A DNA stretch of 64,000 nt, taken from positions 28,510,213 to 28,574,212 of the forward strand of contig OZ234493.1 of NCBI GenBank assembly GCA_965153455.1, written 5' to 3'. The notes beneath the pieces were generated by a model. It saw only the letters and a list, made by a program, of their open reading frames with translations. It did no database searches and was not told the DNA's origin. How positions within the stretch are numbered: the stretch's first letter is position 1; each line of letters opens with the position of its first letter. Made by a program: the position numbers and the translations under genes. Positions 11,752 through 24,400 of this stretch are shown here, in pieces. This stretch comes from Sphagnum compactum. Its lineage: Eukaryota.

Positions 11752-13066
11752 TTACATGCACTCCCAGATTTGAAAACGCATGCAAGTATTGTCATTGTGG
11801 ATTCGGTATGGTGTTCCTTGACACAGTAGCAAGGCCTAATGTGTACAGACAAAACATTATAAACACAATGTATTACAACACGATGATGAAGCTACAAGGT
11901 AGCTGGACTTACTAAGCTATGCCCATGGATCCAGAGAGAGAGAAATATGGGAAAGAAATTCAAAACCAGTAATATACATGGGAGTGACCCAAATGACAAT
12001 CTAGAGCTAGCAAATGGAACAAGACGTTGACACTAGGATTTAGCTAGATGACTTGAATGATGACAAACAAAAGAATTAGCAACTTGGTATGTGTGTCTGT
12101 GTGTACATGTGTGAAAGTTTGAAGGTGGGCGTGGTCTAGTTCCGCAACCAACCTTGAGATAGTTGCTGTGGTTAAACGTGAAGCGGTGGTACATGCCTGG
12201 TGGTAACACAAATAAATCACCTTTCATGATCTCAATGCTGATCCACTGTCCATCAAAGTCTCGCTCATCTTCCTATCCTGATCACCACAACAACAACAAC
12301 AACAACAATCGACCACCATAAATATTGCAAAATTTAATAATAGAATTTCAACGTCAATTTAGATCTAGATTCTATATTTACCACTTGCAGCAGCAGCAGC
12401 CGACCATGCATCATAGGGTCGTCCAGCGGCTGACTCCTACAGCTCTAGGCAGTGAGTTCCTATTAGTCGCCAGAACTAAGCAGGATTCTTAAAATCTTCT
12501 ACTTTACTGTCTGACCTCTAGCCAAAATTTGCTCCTTCCTCTTGTGGATGACCGCCAGTCCAACTACTTGAAAAAATTGCAAAATGAAAAAACCCCTGGT
12601 TTTGTCCAATGATAATTCTGGAAGCCTGCAGTAGTGCTAGCAGCTCGTTTTAATGGGGTGGGAAAATTTTGTTATATGTACCTATCCCATCAAGGATGAA
12701 GCGAATCTCTTCGTGCTCTGTGAAGAACGTCAAAGTTATTCTCGGCCTGCCAGGAGCCACTGTTAGCACCTCCTGCGATTTCCAGCCATGCAGCCATCAT
12801 CTGGCATTAGATAGATGCATGATAATCTACAACCAGTCTCCATATATTCACCATCCACACGTGAGGCAGGGTAAGTTACTTTCATTTTTTCCTAATGAAT
12901 TGCAAAAAAATTATATGCTGCAACTTATTGAAAGAATTAAATGTTCAACTGGAATTTTTCTGTTGGGAGTGTATCGATGAGGAAGGTCTAGAGGATCTTC
13001 AATGCATGGGTTATAGTACCATGCTCGAACGTGTTCTGAAGCCTGATCTATCAATCTAGTCCCCAT
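11752..13066 (-). pseudogene. ARD: Acireductone dioxygenase (methionine salvage / Yang cycle) pseudogene
   Basis: Minus-strand pieces: MGTRLIDQASEHVRAWYYNPCIEDPLDLPHRYTPNRKIPVEHL (from 13066); ...TFFTEHEEIRFILDGIG (12772-12682; EHxHxxEEIR motif shortened by deletion); G*EDERDFDGQWISIEIMKGDLFVLPPGMYHRFTFNHSNYLK (12277-12153, in-frame TAG); weak last exon ALLLCQGTP (11835-11752). Confidence 0.85.
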
Positions 13067-13157
13067 TGAGTACTCAATTCCTTGGTAGATCCATCAATAA
13101 ATATACAACCGTGAGAGTTGAAAACACAATAGAAGGAGTCACAAATGTCAAGGTAAA

Positions 13158-14091
13158 TGATGCGCTCTCAAGCTCCTTGAGAAACTCAAATGTGAGTCTG
13201 GTTTGAAAATAGCGGAAGGGTAAGGAGTTGGGGACACACTCCCTAGCTCGCAGCACTTTGAGAGGGTAGAAGGGCGTGCTGGAGCTCCGGGATGAAATTA
13301 GGAAGAATTACAAGCAATCAATCACTCACGTAAATCTACACAAAACCAAACAACAAGTTGGTTAGTGCATAGCGAAAGCACTTTTGGTGCTAGGACAGGC
13401 CACGGGCAACTTGGACTCACAAGACTCACTATAGCCCAGACTCGAGGGAAGCCACCACCTTCCCCCATATAGTATACTTTGTGCCTGGCCATGGGGCTTG
13501 CGCCCAAATGGCTTTTTGTCCGAGGACTCCCAAGTGGGAGTCTTGAAATTCTCACCGCTAGGACTCCCGTGACTTTGAGGGCCCATAACTTTGCATGCCC
13601 ATAACTTTGCGTGCAGACCTCTGATTGAGATAAGGTTTGAGGCAAAGTTGTAACCCTCGTCGAGAGCTTTCGAACGATATGTTGCACGCCACCTACACGC
13701 AAGGGAATCGGGTCAATTCCCGACTTTTAGTGATCGAGAGTTAAAATTGCCAATTTGACTCCCGGCCCTTCTTTTGACTATAACTTATGTTATAAGCATC
13801 TAAATGGGTCATGCAAGCCCATTTTAAACATCTACATTTCAAGATTTTTCCAATGATATGAAGACCTCCTCAATCCATTGAGTTTTGGCCCTTGCAATCG
13901 CTCTCTAAAAATTCGGGAATCCACCAAGACTCCAACTCCCAAAATGGGAGTTCCCTTGGGAATGTGAAGGGACATTCCCTCACACTCTCCTACACTCCCG
14001 GGAGCACGACATGTGACTCACGGGCCTCCTCTTGGCCCGCACCCTTGCAAGTTCTCACCTTGGTCGCGAGCCCAAGGCTAGGGTTGCGACA
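13158..14091 (-). mobile_element. Solo LTR (Gypsy-like termini), 934 bp
   Basis: TG...CA ends (minus strand TGTCGCAACCCTAGCCTTGGG...GAGCGCATCA), near-perfect 5-bp flanking duplication gtaaa/ataaa, GC-richer than flanks; a truncated second copy lies at 55724-55848. Confidence 0.7.
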
Positions 14092-16854
14092 ATAAAAGTC
14101 TTTTCCCAAGGATTACGCATGACACTTGTCATTTTTGTGTTGGTTTATAATCTAAAATTGTTGTGTTTTGGATACACAATTTCACATTGCATGTTAGATA
14201 TAAATACATTTTTTATTACAATTTTATTTTATGTCATGTATACTATACATTCATGCCCTTTATCAAATAAATATTAACAATTTTTATCAATTTAAATCAT
14301 TTTACCCTTCTAATCATCAATGGTAAAATCCTTTCCAATTTTCAAAGAAATGGTGCACATTTGGTAGAAAAAATGGACATTTGAAAAAAATAGGGACTAT
14401 CTATTTTTGAAGTTTGAGTGCTTTGAACATGTAAAAACATTTTTTATTTTTGTTAAGCTTTGAGCATGTAAACTTTGTAATTTATGGAAGATATTCCAAA
14501 AAAAAATGACAATCCAAACTATTATATTTCTCTTGTTATTTTTTCAAACATACAAAAATGCAATTTTGAATGTTCACTTACTTGGGTGGCTCCTTTGATT
14601 GTGTTTTCACCCTGAGATTATTTGAAGTTACATCAATGTGAACACTCGGCCATTGATAAAGATGAACCCTTTTGTAAATATTCTATTGTACATACCGTGT
14701 AGTTTGGGACTTTACATACATCTAGTGCACACCAACTGTTTTCACAACAAAGTTTGTGGTCGTTAAAGAGAATCTTTCGAAGGAAGAAAAAAATAATTCC
14801 AAAAGCTAAGGGATCAAATGAATCAAATGTCCATGTTGTCAATGGAGATTTTTTCATATAGTTCAATCCAAAAGCTAGCTAATTATGGCATAGAGTGCGA
14901 ACAACTTGCTTTCAGCCAATTACAGATATGTGTAGAGATCAAATGGGTGTATATGTTCATACATTACTATGTGATCACTTTGATTCCCTGAAGATTAACC
15001 CATAAAGATACCATATGCATGAGTGCCAATTATTCTGAAAATTAAATAGTCAACATCAATCACAAGATGCACTCTTACAAGTTAATGTTTTATGCACCCA
15101 TGCATGATGTAAAACACCATGATTAGTACTACTTCATGACGTCTACAAGAACAACAATTTTATAACAACCAAAGTTAAGAGTTTTTCCAACTACTTATAA
15201 GGTCATAATTGATTTTTTGTGTTTTTATTAGTTTTTATCAATTGTAGCTGTGTAACAAAAATAAAAACATGAACATCGAAAGATGGATTTGCTTGTTTAT
15301 ATCAAGTAGTTCATAAACTATTAGTGAGACACCACTTTCACAATGGGTAATACTAACTAAATGGTACGTATTTTAGTAACAAAAAGTTTAAGATCCCACT
15401 TCAAGAAAAAATAACCCCCTCCTTTAGGGGATGGAAAATTACAATTTAGAACATGACCTTTGAATACAATACGAAATTTTCTTGAATATAAGATGTAGTT
15501 TGAAATAATTCGAATTGGAACTAATGGTTACTAGTTAACCTTCAATTAGCCTTTAATTCTTTTTTTTTTTTTCAAAAACTTGACCATGGGTTCTAGTTTT
15601 GATTTCACACATGAATAAAACCCACAACCTAGTTTTGGGTTTCAAGTTCTTGAAACCATTTAGTTCTAGTTCTAAAACCAGTTCCAATTCCATTTTTAAC
15701 AATTGGAACTAGAACCTATGCAGTTCTAATCTACAAAATAGGGTATGTAGCTACCCATCATTAATTCCCAAATGCATATTAATGTTGTGGGGGGAACCCT
15801 ATGGATTTTAACATATCAACCAAAAAAAATAGGATTTAAAGCATTTCCAATCTAGGTAAACATAAAAGTATGTATAGGCTTTACCAAATTATCTCTAGTT
15901 AAGGGTGAACTTAACTTATCATTAGTTAATGATGAACTATTTTGTTGAACATAATATAAAGGTTGAGGTGTAAGTATTAATCATTTAAACTACGTTTACT
16001 TTGGATATAAATTGGTGAAAACAAGTAAATCAAAATATGTATAGTATAAGCTCAAATATGCAACGTTAATAAACATATGGAGAAAAATAAAAGTTTGCAC
16101 CTTGGAATTTATAAATGAAATTGAAAACATACTTCACAAGGATGGGGGATGGGGATTTTAAGTAAATGGAAAACACTTTCATCAACTTTCAACATCATTG
16201 TATGGCAATTGAAAATGATCTCCATTGAACTAGATGACAATTTAATATTTGATTTCCATTGTTGGATGGTGATTGAAAGTGATCACCATTCTTGAGTTGA
16301 AATCTTTTTTGGTTGCTAGTCATTGCATGGTGAAAATCATTTTCAAATGAGAGAAGATGAGGTGAAGGCGAAAGTTGAATATAAACGCAAAGATGATGAA
16401 GAAAGAGAATTGAAAAGAAAGGGGATGATGAAAGAAATAACAAAATTGATGATGACAACTAAGAAATCAAACATTCAATGTCTAAGGGAAGGCTCGAAAA
16501 ATGAAAGAAATAAACCAAGAAAACAGTAGATTAAAAAAAAAATTATGTTTTAAACAAACAAAAAGGAAATTACATTAGCGCAGGGCGTTAAGAAATTTGG
16601 CCATCAATGAAAGACCATTATTGAATTGAAATGCATATTTGAAAAAAATTATATGATACATTAAGCGCAAAGCCAAAATGAAAAAACCTTTCTAAACGAA
16701 TCAACCAAAATGAATTTAAAACCATTGTGGAGCCTTGTGTGTCATCTTCCAATCTTGGATTTGCACAATAAAACATAGACACTAATAGGATTTTGGAATA
16801 AAATAACTATGTTAATAACTAAATTTATAATTTTATTGAATCAAATGACTATGG

Positions 16855-18256
16855 CTAGTAAAGTTTTGCCGAACAATTTGTTTAAGTAAATCAACAACAC
16901 ATGGTGTTAAGTTGTGTTCAAAACAACTATGTACAATGTTCACATTGATTTATAATTTGTTTTAAAAATGTAATCATTTTATAATTATTTAAGGCACATG
17001 TAATAATGTTATAATCATTTACGATACTATGTAGTTATATTGTAATGTAGAATCAAGTTCAAAATTTCATTAGAGGGAATTGAACCCTCATCTTCATAGC
17101 CATGCATCAACTCATTAATCATTCAACCAATACTTCAACTTATGATATATTATGTCATCGCATAAATATAAACATGTATATTTCAAATCTTATGCATTAT
17201 CATGTCATTATTTAATTATGTAAGTTCATAATAAATTAATTTCACATTTTAATTACATATTTTAAATTATTTAGATGAATATTTTTAATTCAGTATAAAA
17301 ATTTGATGTTTTAAAATTCTGATTTCAGTTATAAATTAAATATAATTTGTAATTTGTAGTTCATTTTAATATTTAATATTTACTATTTTATTTGGTTCAT
17401 ATATTGGGATTTTTTTAATAATTAATTTAAACTGATTTAATATTTCTGAGCCATAAATTAAAAAGTGAAATCAAGATTTTGAATTAAATTTGATGCATAT
17501 TTTTAATTCCATAATTTTATAAAAATTATAATTTTCAAATTTTTAGATGTAAATATATTATATCGATTTAGAATATTTATTTCAAAAACTTCAATGCAAA
17601 AATTTTAGCTATAAACATACACATAAATATACATGATTTAATTTTTGAAATAAATTTAATTATCATTTATTAAACCTTTATACATGTATGCATGTCATAT
17701 GTAGAAATAACAAACTTAAATATAACATTTTTATAAATCCCTAGAAAATGAATTCACTTGAACTTCATATACACATGTGTTTTCATGTAATAATGCATAC
17801 GAGTGTAGGTAACCCATGGCTACGCCACTCCAGCCACCCCCAAGAAAAGGAGGGAGCACCCAAAAAAAACGAAAAAAAAAAAAGAAAAAAAAACACCTCC
17901 CTTCACTCCCCTGCCCAACAAAGGCCATGGTTTTGTTACCCAGGGACATGAGACCGTGGCCCGGTCCTTCCCCGCCCGTGCCCCCCCCCCCGTGCTAACC
18001 CCCCCACCCCACATGGACCAGTGATTATGATGGGGGGCCACCCGTGCTGGCCCCCCCTACTGGCCCCCCCCACCCCTGCTGGCCCCCCCGCCCCACATGG
18101 ACCAGTGATTATGATGGGCCAATCAGAAACACTGAGCAGCAGCAGCAGTTAGAGGGTTTGGACGAATAACTACCACCTTCACCACCATCATCCAAAAAAT
18201 TCATTCATCAAAGACAGACAGACGCATAGACACCATGTTTGTAATTATATATAAGA
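16855..18256 (-). mobile_element. Non-autonomous Helitron, about 1.4 kb
   Basis: Minus-strand 5' end A|TCTTATATATAATT...GCGTCTGTCTGTC; 3' end ttaaacaaattgttcgg-caaaacttta-CTAG (decayed hairpin 10 nt before CTAG); internal GC-rich block with duplicated ccccacatggaccagtgattatgatggg. Confidence 0.6.
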
Positions 18257-21200
18257 TATGATTATTGTCATTATAAAACAACTTATGAAAAACTTTATGA
18301 ATGTACTTGTTAAATTATATTTTATGATGTATGATGTAATTAGTATTCACATTTTTGATATAACTCACAATATACAATTAAGTTATGACTACAATTATGT
18401 TAATTTGATTACATATTTACACCATATGATACAATTACACATGTTAAATTTAAATTGATGCACATTAATTTTTTTCACATCATATCTTAAATAATATTAC
18501 ACCTTTTTTAATAGGTGGTTACATAAGATAACAAATCATTTTAATATTATAATAATATTATTATTATTGGTTTATCACTTTAATAATTTTACATCTTTAG
18601 CTTAAAAGTATATAAAATTGAATTTATGTTCACATTATATTAAACATTCATTTCATTGATTCATTAATTATAATAATTACTAAATTGTAATTACACATAT
18701 TGTCACATAAGTTAAATAGTTGCAAATATAATTCATAGTTTTTTTTTTTAGTTGTTAAGGATCACCAATTTATAAAGTCATTGCATAAAACATGAATTCT
18801 TTTAATGAAAAATGTGTTATAATATTTTTGTTGTTATGCACATAGGTTGAAATTGTAATTCTCACCTACACATTAACGTGTAAATGTTGAGATGTGTTTG
18901 TGTCTTTAGTTTTTCCGATCAATGCCATAAAGTCCTAAAGATTACATGAATGGTGTGCAATAATTAATGAATTTGCACCAGTTCTAACCGAATCCCAATT
19001 TGTTATTCATTCTTTTGAATGTGGTACATGCATGTGATGATAGATAGTTTAAACATAGTCCAATATGTCAATATGGAACATGTTCCAAAACATGGAAGAT
19101 GCAATACATTTCAACATCAAAATGTTAAGCTATAGATCTTGCATAAAAACGCAACAACACGATTTACACAATTCACCATGTTATTAGTTTCATTCATATA
19201 GTCACTATTGTGAAGAAAGTATTTCATTTGTTGTCTTTTCACTTAGAATAAAGATTAGATAAAAGTACTCATGATTACTTGTTGAAGAGAGTTATTCATT
19301 TCGCTCTAATTTTCAAATGTGACCATTTATCTAAATATAAAACTTTGGTGGCTAAAACATTTCATTTTTGAAAAATTCAAAATGGTTGTTTCTTGGAATC
19401 TAATGGCAACTTACCCTAATAGTCCACAATGAACTCTCATTTCTTTCAGTTAAGTCATATTTGTATACATGCATTGTGAACTGAGATGCTAGCATACATT
19501 TTGCTATTGATGGTCATTAAGATGGATGTGATTATCAATAATGTTCAATATGCTCATCAATTTATTCTATGTTTTGTATTAAACATATTACTTTTTGGAC
19601 TAATTAATCTAAACACAATTAATCATTCCATACTACTAACCTTGATTTTATAATAATTTGTATCACTATGTTAAAACAACAAAACAAAACTATTATATTT
19701 TTGTAATAGTGGTACATTCTTGACATGGAAATTAATATAAAATTGGTACGAGATTAATATCACCCTAAGTCCTCAAATCATCATATAGGTCTTTGCTACC
19801 AATATTGATACCTTCATTGATACTAAATGTTAACACTTAAAATATATTAGACCAACACCCCTCTTAGCAACTATCATGCATGACATCATTAATGCAACAA
19901 ACCTATTACTATTGCACAAATTAACCATGTTAGTAAAACAATTGCAATTTTTGTTAATATTTTAACCAATCAAATTATAATCTTTGTTATTGGTCATTAG
20001 TAATAATGATTTCGCATATAGAAACTAAGTTATGATTTATGATATCCTCTTCCACTTCTTCCATATAGGACTATTTTAATTGCTATAAAGTTTGGTAGGT
20101 TTTCATCATCACATTGCACTAATACATGATGTTTGACAATCCAATAATTTTTGTACATTATATACAAAAGTATTGGATTGTCACACATGAATGACAAAAT
20201 GTTTTTATATGTAACTGTCAAATTATATCTTTATCCATATATCTAGTCTACTAATATAAATCCATTTAGAGAATGTGACTATAGAATTATATGCACAATT
20301 ATCTAAATTTTGTAATATTGAGATTTTATGCCTTGTCAAGTAAAAGTAAAAACAGGATACGTACTTGAATTTAATTTCATTAACTAGTTTAGAACACAAG
20401 TACACAAACAACCTCAAAAGAGTCTTATTTATGAATCATGTGCATTCTCTAAATTGTTAGATCTTTCCATGTTTTAACATTTGGTTATAAAAATAGGTTG
20501 TATGTTATGAATCAATGTCATTGAGCTGATTTCTAAAACATGTTTAATATACTATCGTATGGCCATATACCCTTTAATGTATCACATGTTATACAATTGG
20601 ATTTGAATTTATTATCAATAATCAACACCAAAAGATCTGAATGTATTGAAAATCATTTTTTCATAATGAAATCCAAATGTCCTCATGTCTTATATGTTAA
20701 TTACACATCATCATTAGTTAATGACATGCCAAAACATGTCTTCTGTTTTAAGAATCCTCTTCAACATAACTTCCTCAAACTCTTTTGTCTCAATTCATGT
20801 GCTAAAACCAACAACCAAACTAATTTCATAATCATGAAGTATCACTGATGACAACCCTTTCCAAGGAAGTAGGGTACATACCATTTGCATCCAGGGAGGC
20901 ATGTTATAACAGGTTGTGTGAGCTGAAGTGAAAGCATCTTGGGAATTGCGTCATTACCTGTTCAAGCATTTGTCAATCAACTGATCACTATAACAAATCC
21001 ACAATCAGTTTTAAAAACAAGAAGAAAACTATTCACCAAAGGTAGGATGCAACAAAAAATGTCAATATTTTCAGCCACCTTGGCAGCCTGCCCTAAAAAG
21101 CTCAATGAGGCTTAAAAAACAGGTTTTAACTCTGAATGGACTCATGGCTACTACAAAGGCAACTACAGAACAACATTTTCATGAGGAGATTCTTCGATGA

Positions 21201-21467
21201 GATATAATAGATGAATGGTGCCTTTACTTGATCCAGCTCCTTCTGATACATCCAAGAAAGATCTCAAGACATTTTCTGTGGTATGCAATATTTTCCTACC
21301 ATCTGACCAAGACTGCCTCTGATCCAGCGGTACTGCATTTACTGGTTAACTGGTGTGTTAAGATCCAATACACCATCCAGTAGCTGTATGGATCAAAAGG
21401 GAGGCAAGGGGCAAACCTCTTCTTCTATACAACTGAATCTTTAGCTAGATCAACCTTCCCAGATTCA

Positions 21468-24400
21468 TTAACCAAAGTTGGTGAGAACTTTGCCAATCAC
21501 ATGGTCCCCATACACCACAGGTGTGAACCTAGGCACTGCACTCGCTGTTTGTTGCTTACAAATCTCAAGGGGCTCCACAAGTGCATCAAAATTTGGCTGC
21601 ATCAACACAAGTGACCAAAGACTTAAGGACAACAAACAACAGATTGTAAGCTGGCCATATCTGTTTCCTTTCAAGTGAAGTAAGCAAAAAAAGGGGCCAG
21701 GAGAATCAAATCGGTCTGAACATGGAATCATTCAACACCAATGCTACTAGAGTCTCTTCCTAACGAGGAAACAAGATATGGATATGAGTATGGCTTACTT
21801 CATAAAAGAAAGGGACAGAAACACGATACTTGGAGTCATCATTCATGACTCGATGCAATGTTGACTGATATAACCCATTGGTCCAAATCTGTATAATCCA
21901 AAATTTGTACCTCTTCAGCTCACATTATTTTCTCAACATGTTTGTCCACATGAGCAGAAAGATGGTGATGTAAGAGGCAATAAGCACTATAATAGGAGCC
22001 TGAGCTCCAATAAGCAACAAAGTACTGGAAAAAAATTAAAATGGTTACAATGTTGTAGAGAAGGTTGGACTAACAAAGAGCAAACACATGCAACTGCCTA
22101 TTACATAAAAATTGGTAAATGATAGGCCATTTCTTGAACATTCCACAACCAGATGTGTAGTGAGATAGCACCTACACAAGAAAAACATATGATGTTCAAG
22201 AGCAAGAGGAGTAGAAAAGATAGGTAGGGTACCTTAAGCATATCGCCAATATTAACCACAAATGTTCCCGGGATTGGTTTTGCCCATATCCAGTTCCCTT
22301 CATTGTTTTTCACCTGTTTTTAGCAAGTTCGTGACTACTATTCATTAGTGCTTGGATCTATCCCCATGAAGCAAAGAGGGAGAGGTAGGGAATAAAGACA
22401 TAATGCTTCTACGGTACGGAAACTGGATGCACAATGCTAAACCAAGTCAGCGAAAGGAACCTGCAGTGCAGGAATAGTTGGGTCTTGATTGACCAGTGTC
22501 AATAAGCCTGCACATCCGAAGATGTTCAGTTAACTTCTGGCCATGTTTCATCTTTTGACACATGACATCTGGCTTGCAAAGTTTCTTCATCCAACAATAA
22601 GGCTATTGAAAGGCCTGCCTTGACCATACTATTCCTCATGGCACCATACAGAAAGTGATTCAGTCTTTCCCTTCTATACAAGGCTGGAAGATACAGAGTT
22701 TACAGTATGACTTTGATGCATATCTGCCAGCATATCCAACCATGAGATTGTTACATACACCCATTAATCAAACAACCAATATGTGGATAAATACCATAGT
22801 CAGTGTGGTCACCACTGCAGAAGTGTATTCCAAAGTATAAGGGGACCAGTGTCCAGCCACAAGGAAACCCAGCAACCAACACAAAGAACAATCATCACTG
22901 ATTAGAGTGGAGTCATTTAGGACAGTTGCAAGCTGAGTGAGAAACTTTAGGGCAGATGACTGCAATGTATTTGATGCACAAGTTACAGGTCTGAAGAACT
23001 TCAATACTCCTGTTGCACAACCAAAACCCTAACAAGAATATCTTCCATATCTCAAACTTACAGCATTTGTCCTGAAGTATAGACCCAGATTCAGGGAAAA
23101 AACGACCAGGCTTCTTCTCCAGCCACGCTAAGATAGAAAATAAACATCTACAAGCATTGAAATATGGGGGAAAAAGCTGCATGAAGACTTACCAGCCAAC
23201 TTCAAAGTCTGATTTTTTCATTGGAGGGTATCCAATAACTCTCAGAATCCAGAAAGGGTCACCAGCCCTTTTTCCACCAAATGCATCTTTTTTTCCACTT
23301 AGAGCTAAGGCTATGCCTTGTATTATTGCTTCTCCCAAATCTAGACAACAACATGCACCCCAATTAATCAGCTCAATGCTTCAACCACATCCTTGAGGGA
23401 GAGGGTGTGGGGATAATATTCATATTCAAAATCTAATGTCAGCCACAACTGTTAGATGATACAGCAGATACATGAGGCTTTGCTAGTCTGAATGTCATTG
23501 AACAAGGCATCATAAATGGATATTGAGCTACTCCAGGAATCAACCAGCCTGTTTGGGTATGGTGGCCTTAAGGATTGAGAAGTGAATACTGGATTACTCC
23601 CTATGGAAAACACTTGCAGGAAACAGGGGAGACACTTAGTTGGCCAATCCAATGTGATTGAGTGGCTCTGCACCTTGTAGGCCTATTTGCCTCAATTTAA
23701 AAGTGGTCACTCTCTAACCACCGTTACAGGGGCAATATGGTTGCCTGACTCTCCCTCAAGGGTTCATCCCAAAGTACCAACATGGATTTTGGTAACTGGT
23801 TCACCTGCTGGCCTCTGATATTGCTCAGTTTGCTATAGTAGATAACATTTATTGTGGCCTAGTGGTGAACTGACCCACCCAAAACCACTCACCAGGGGAC
23901 CATGAGCTACAACCACTTGGGATGTTGGATTGATGCTAAAACAGTTGCAAAATCAGCTGAGTGTCAAACAGACAAGCCTCTGAGACAACAAGAAATGAAT
24001 ACCTGTCATGACATTAACATACTCTTCAATCAGAGGTCGAAACCCACTTGGTTCATTAGGCCTGTATACACCACAGCACATGGAGCTCTTGCTATCATGA
24101 GTGATATGCTGTGCATGAGGAAACTAAAAGATGAAGAATGAGCAAGAGAATGCACATCCGTCGATGCTGGGGTTGGTGTGCAGTTTCATAAGGGACAAGA
24201 GAAAATGGACTGCTGTCCCACTCACCACTGATTTGAACCCATCAAAGGATTTTCCTTCCTTGTTGACAACTTTTGGTTTTCAAGCTCCCTGAAGTACTGG
24301 AAAATTGAAGATATACTCCCAAAACATTAAAAAAAAGAACTCCCCATTCATCATTTCAAAAGATACTACAGGAGTTAACAGATAGATTTTTGGCACTTTC

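Noticed and set aside
13322-13702. 126-aa ORF inside the solo LTR
   Set aside because: No recognisable domain; a chance ORF in a GC-richer repeat.
17071-17130. Functional tRNA gene
   Set aside because: Only degenerate A/B boxes; no consistent cloverleaf stems.
18260-20850. AT-rich block with short ORFs, possibly an old transposase
   Set aside because: No motif could be recognised with confidence.
23452-23673. Candidate alternative exon (PPYPNRLV...) in the dioxygenase intron
   Set aside because: Exon 24061-24003 (PNEPSGFRPLIEEYV) matches the family and keeps the frame; this one does not match.
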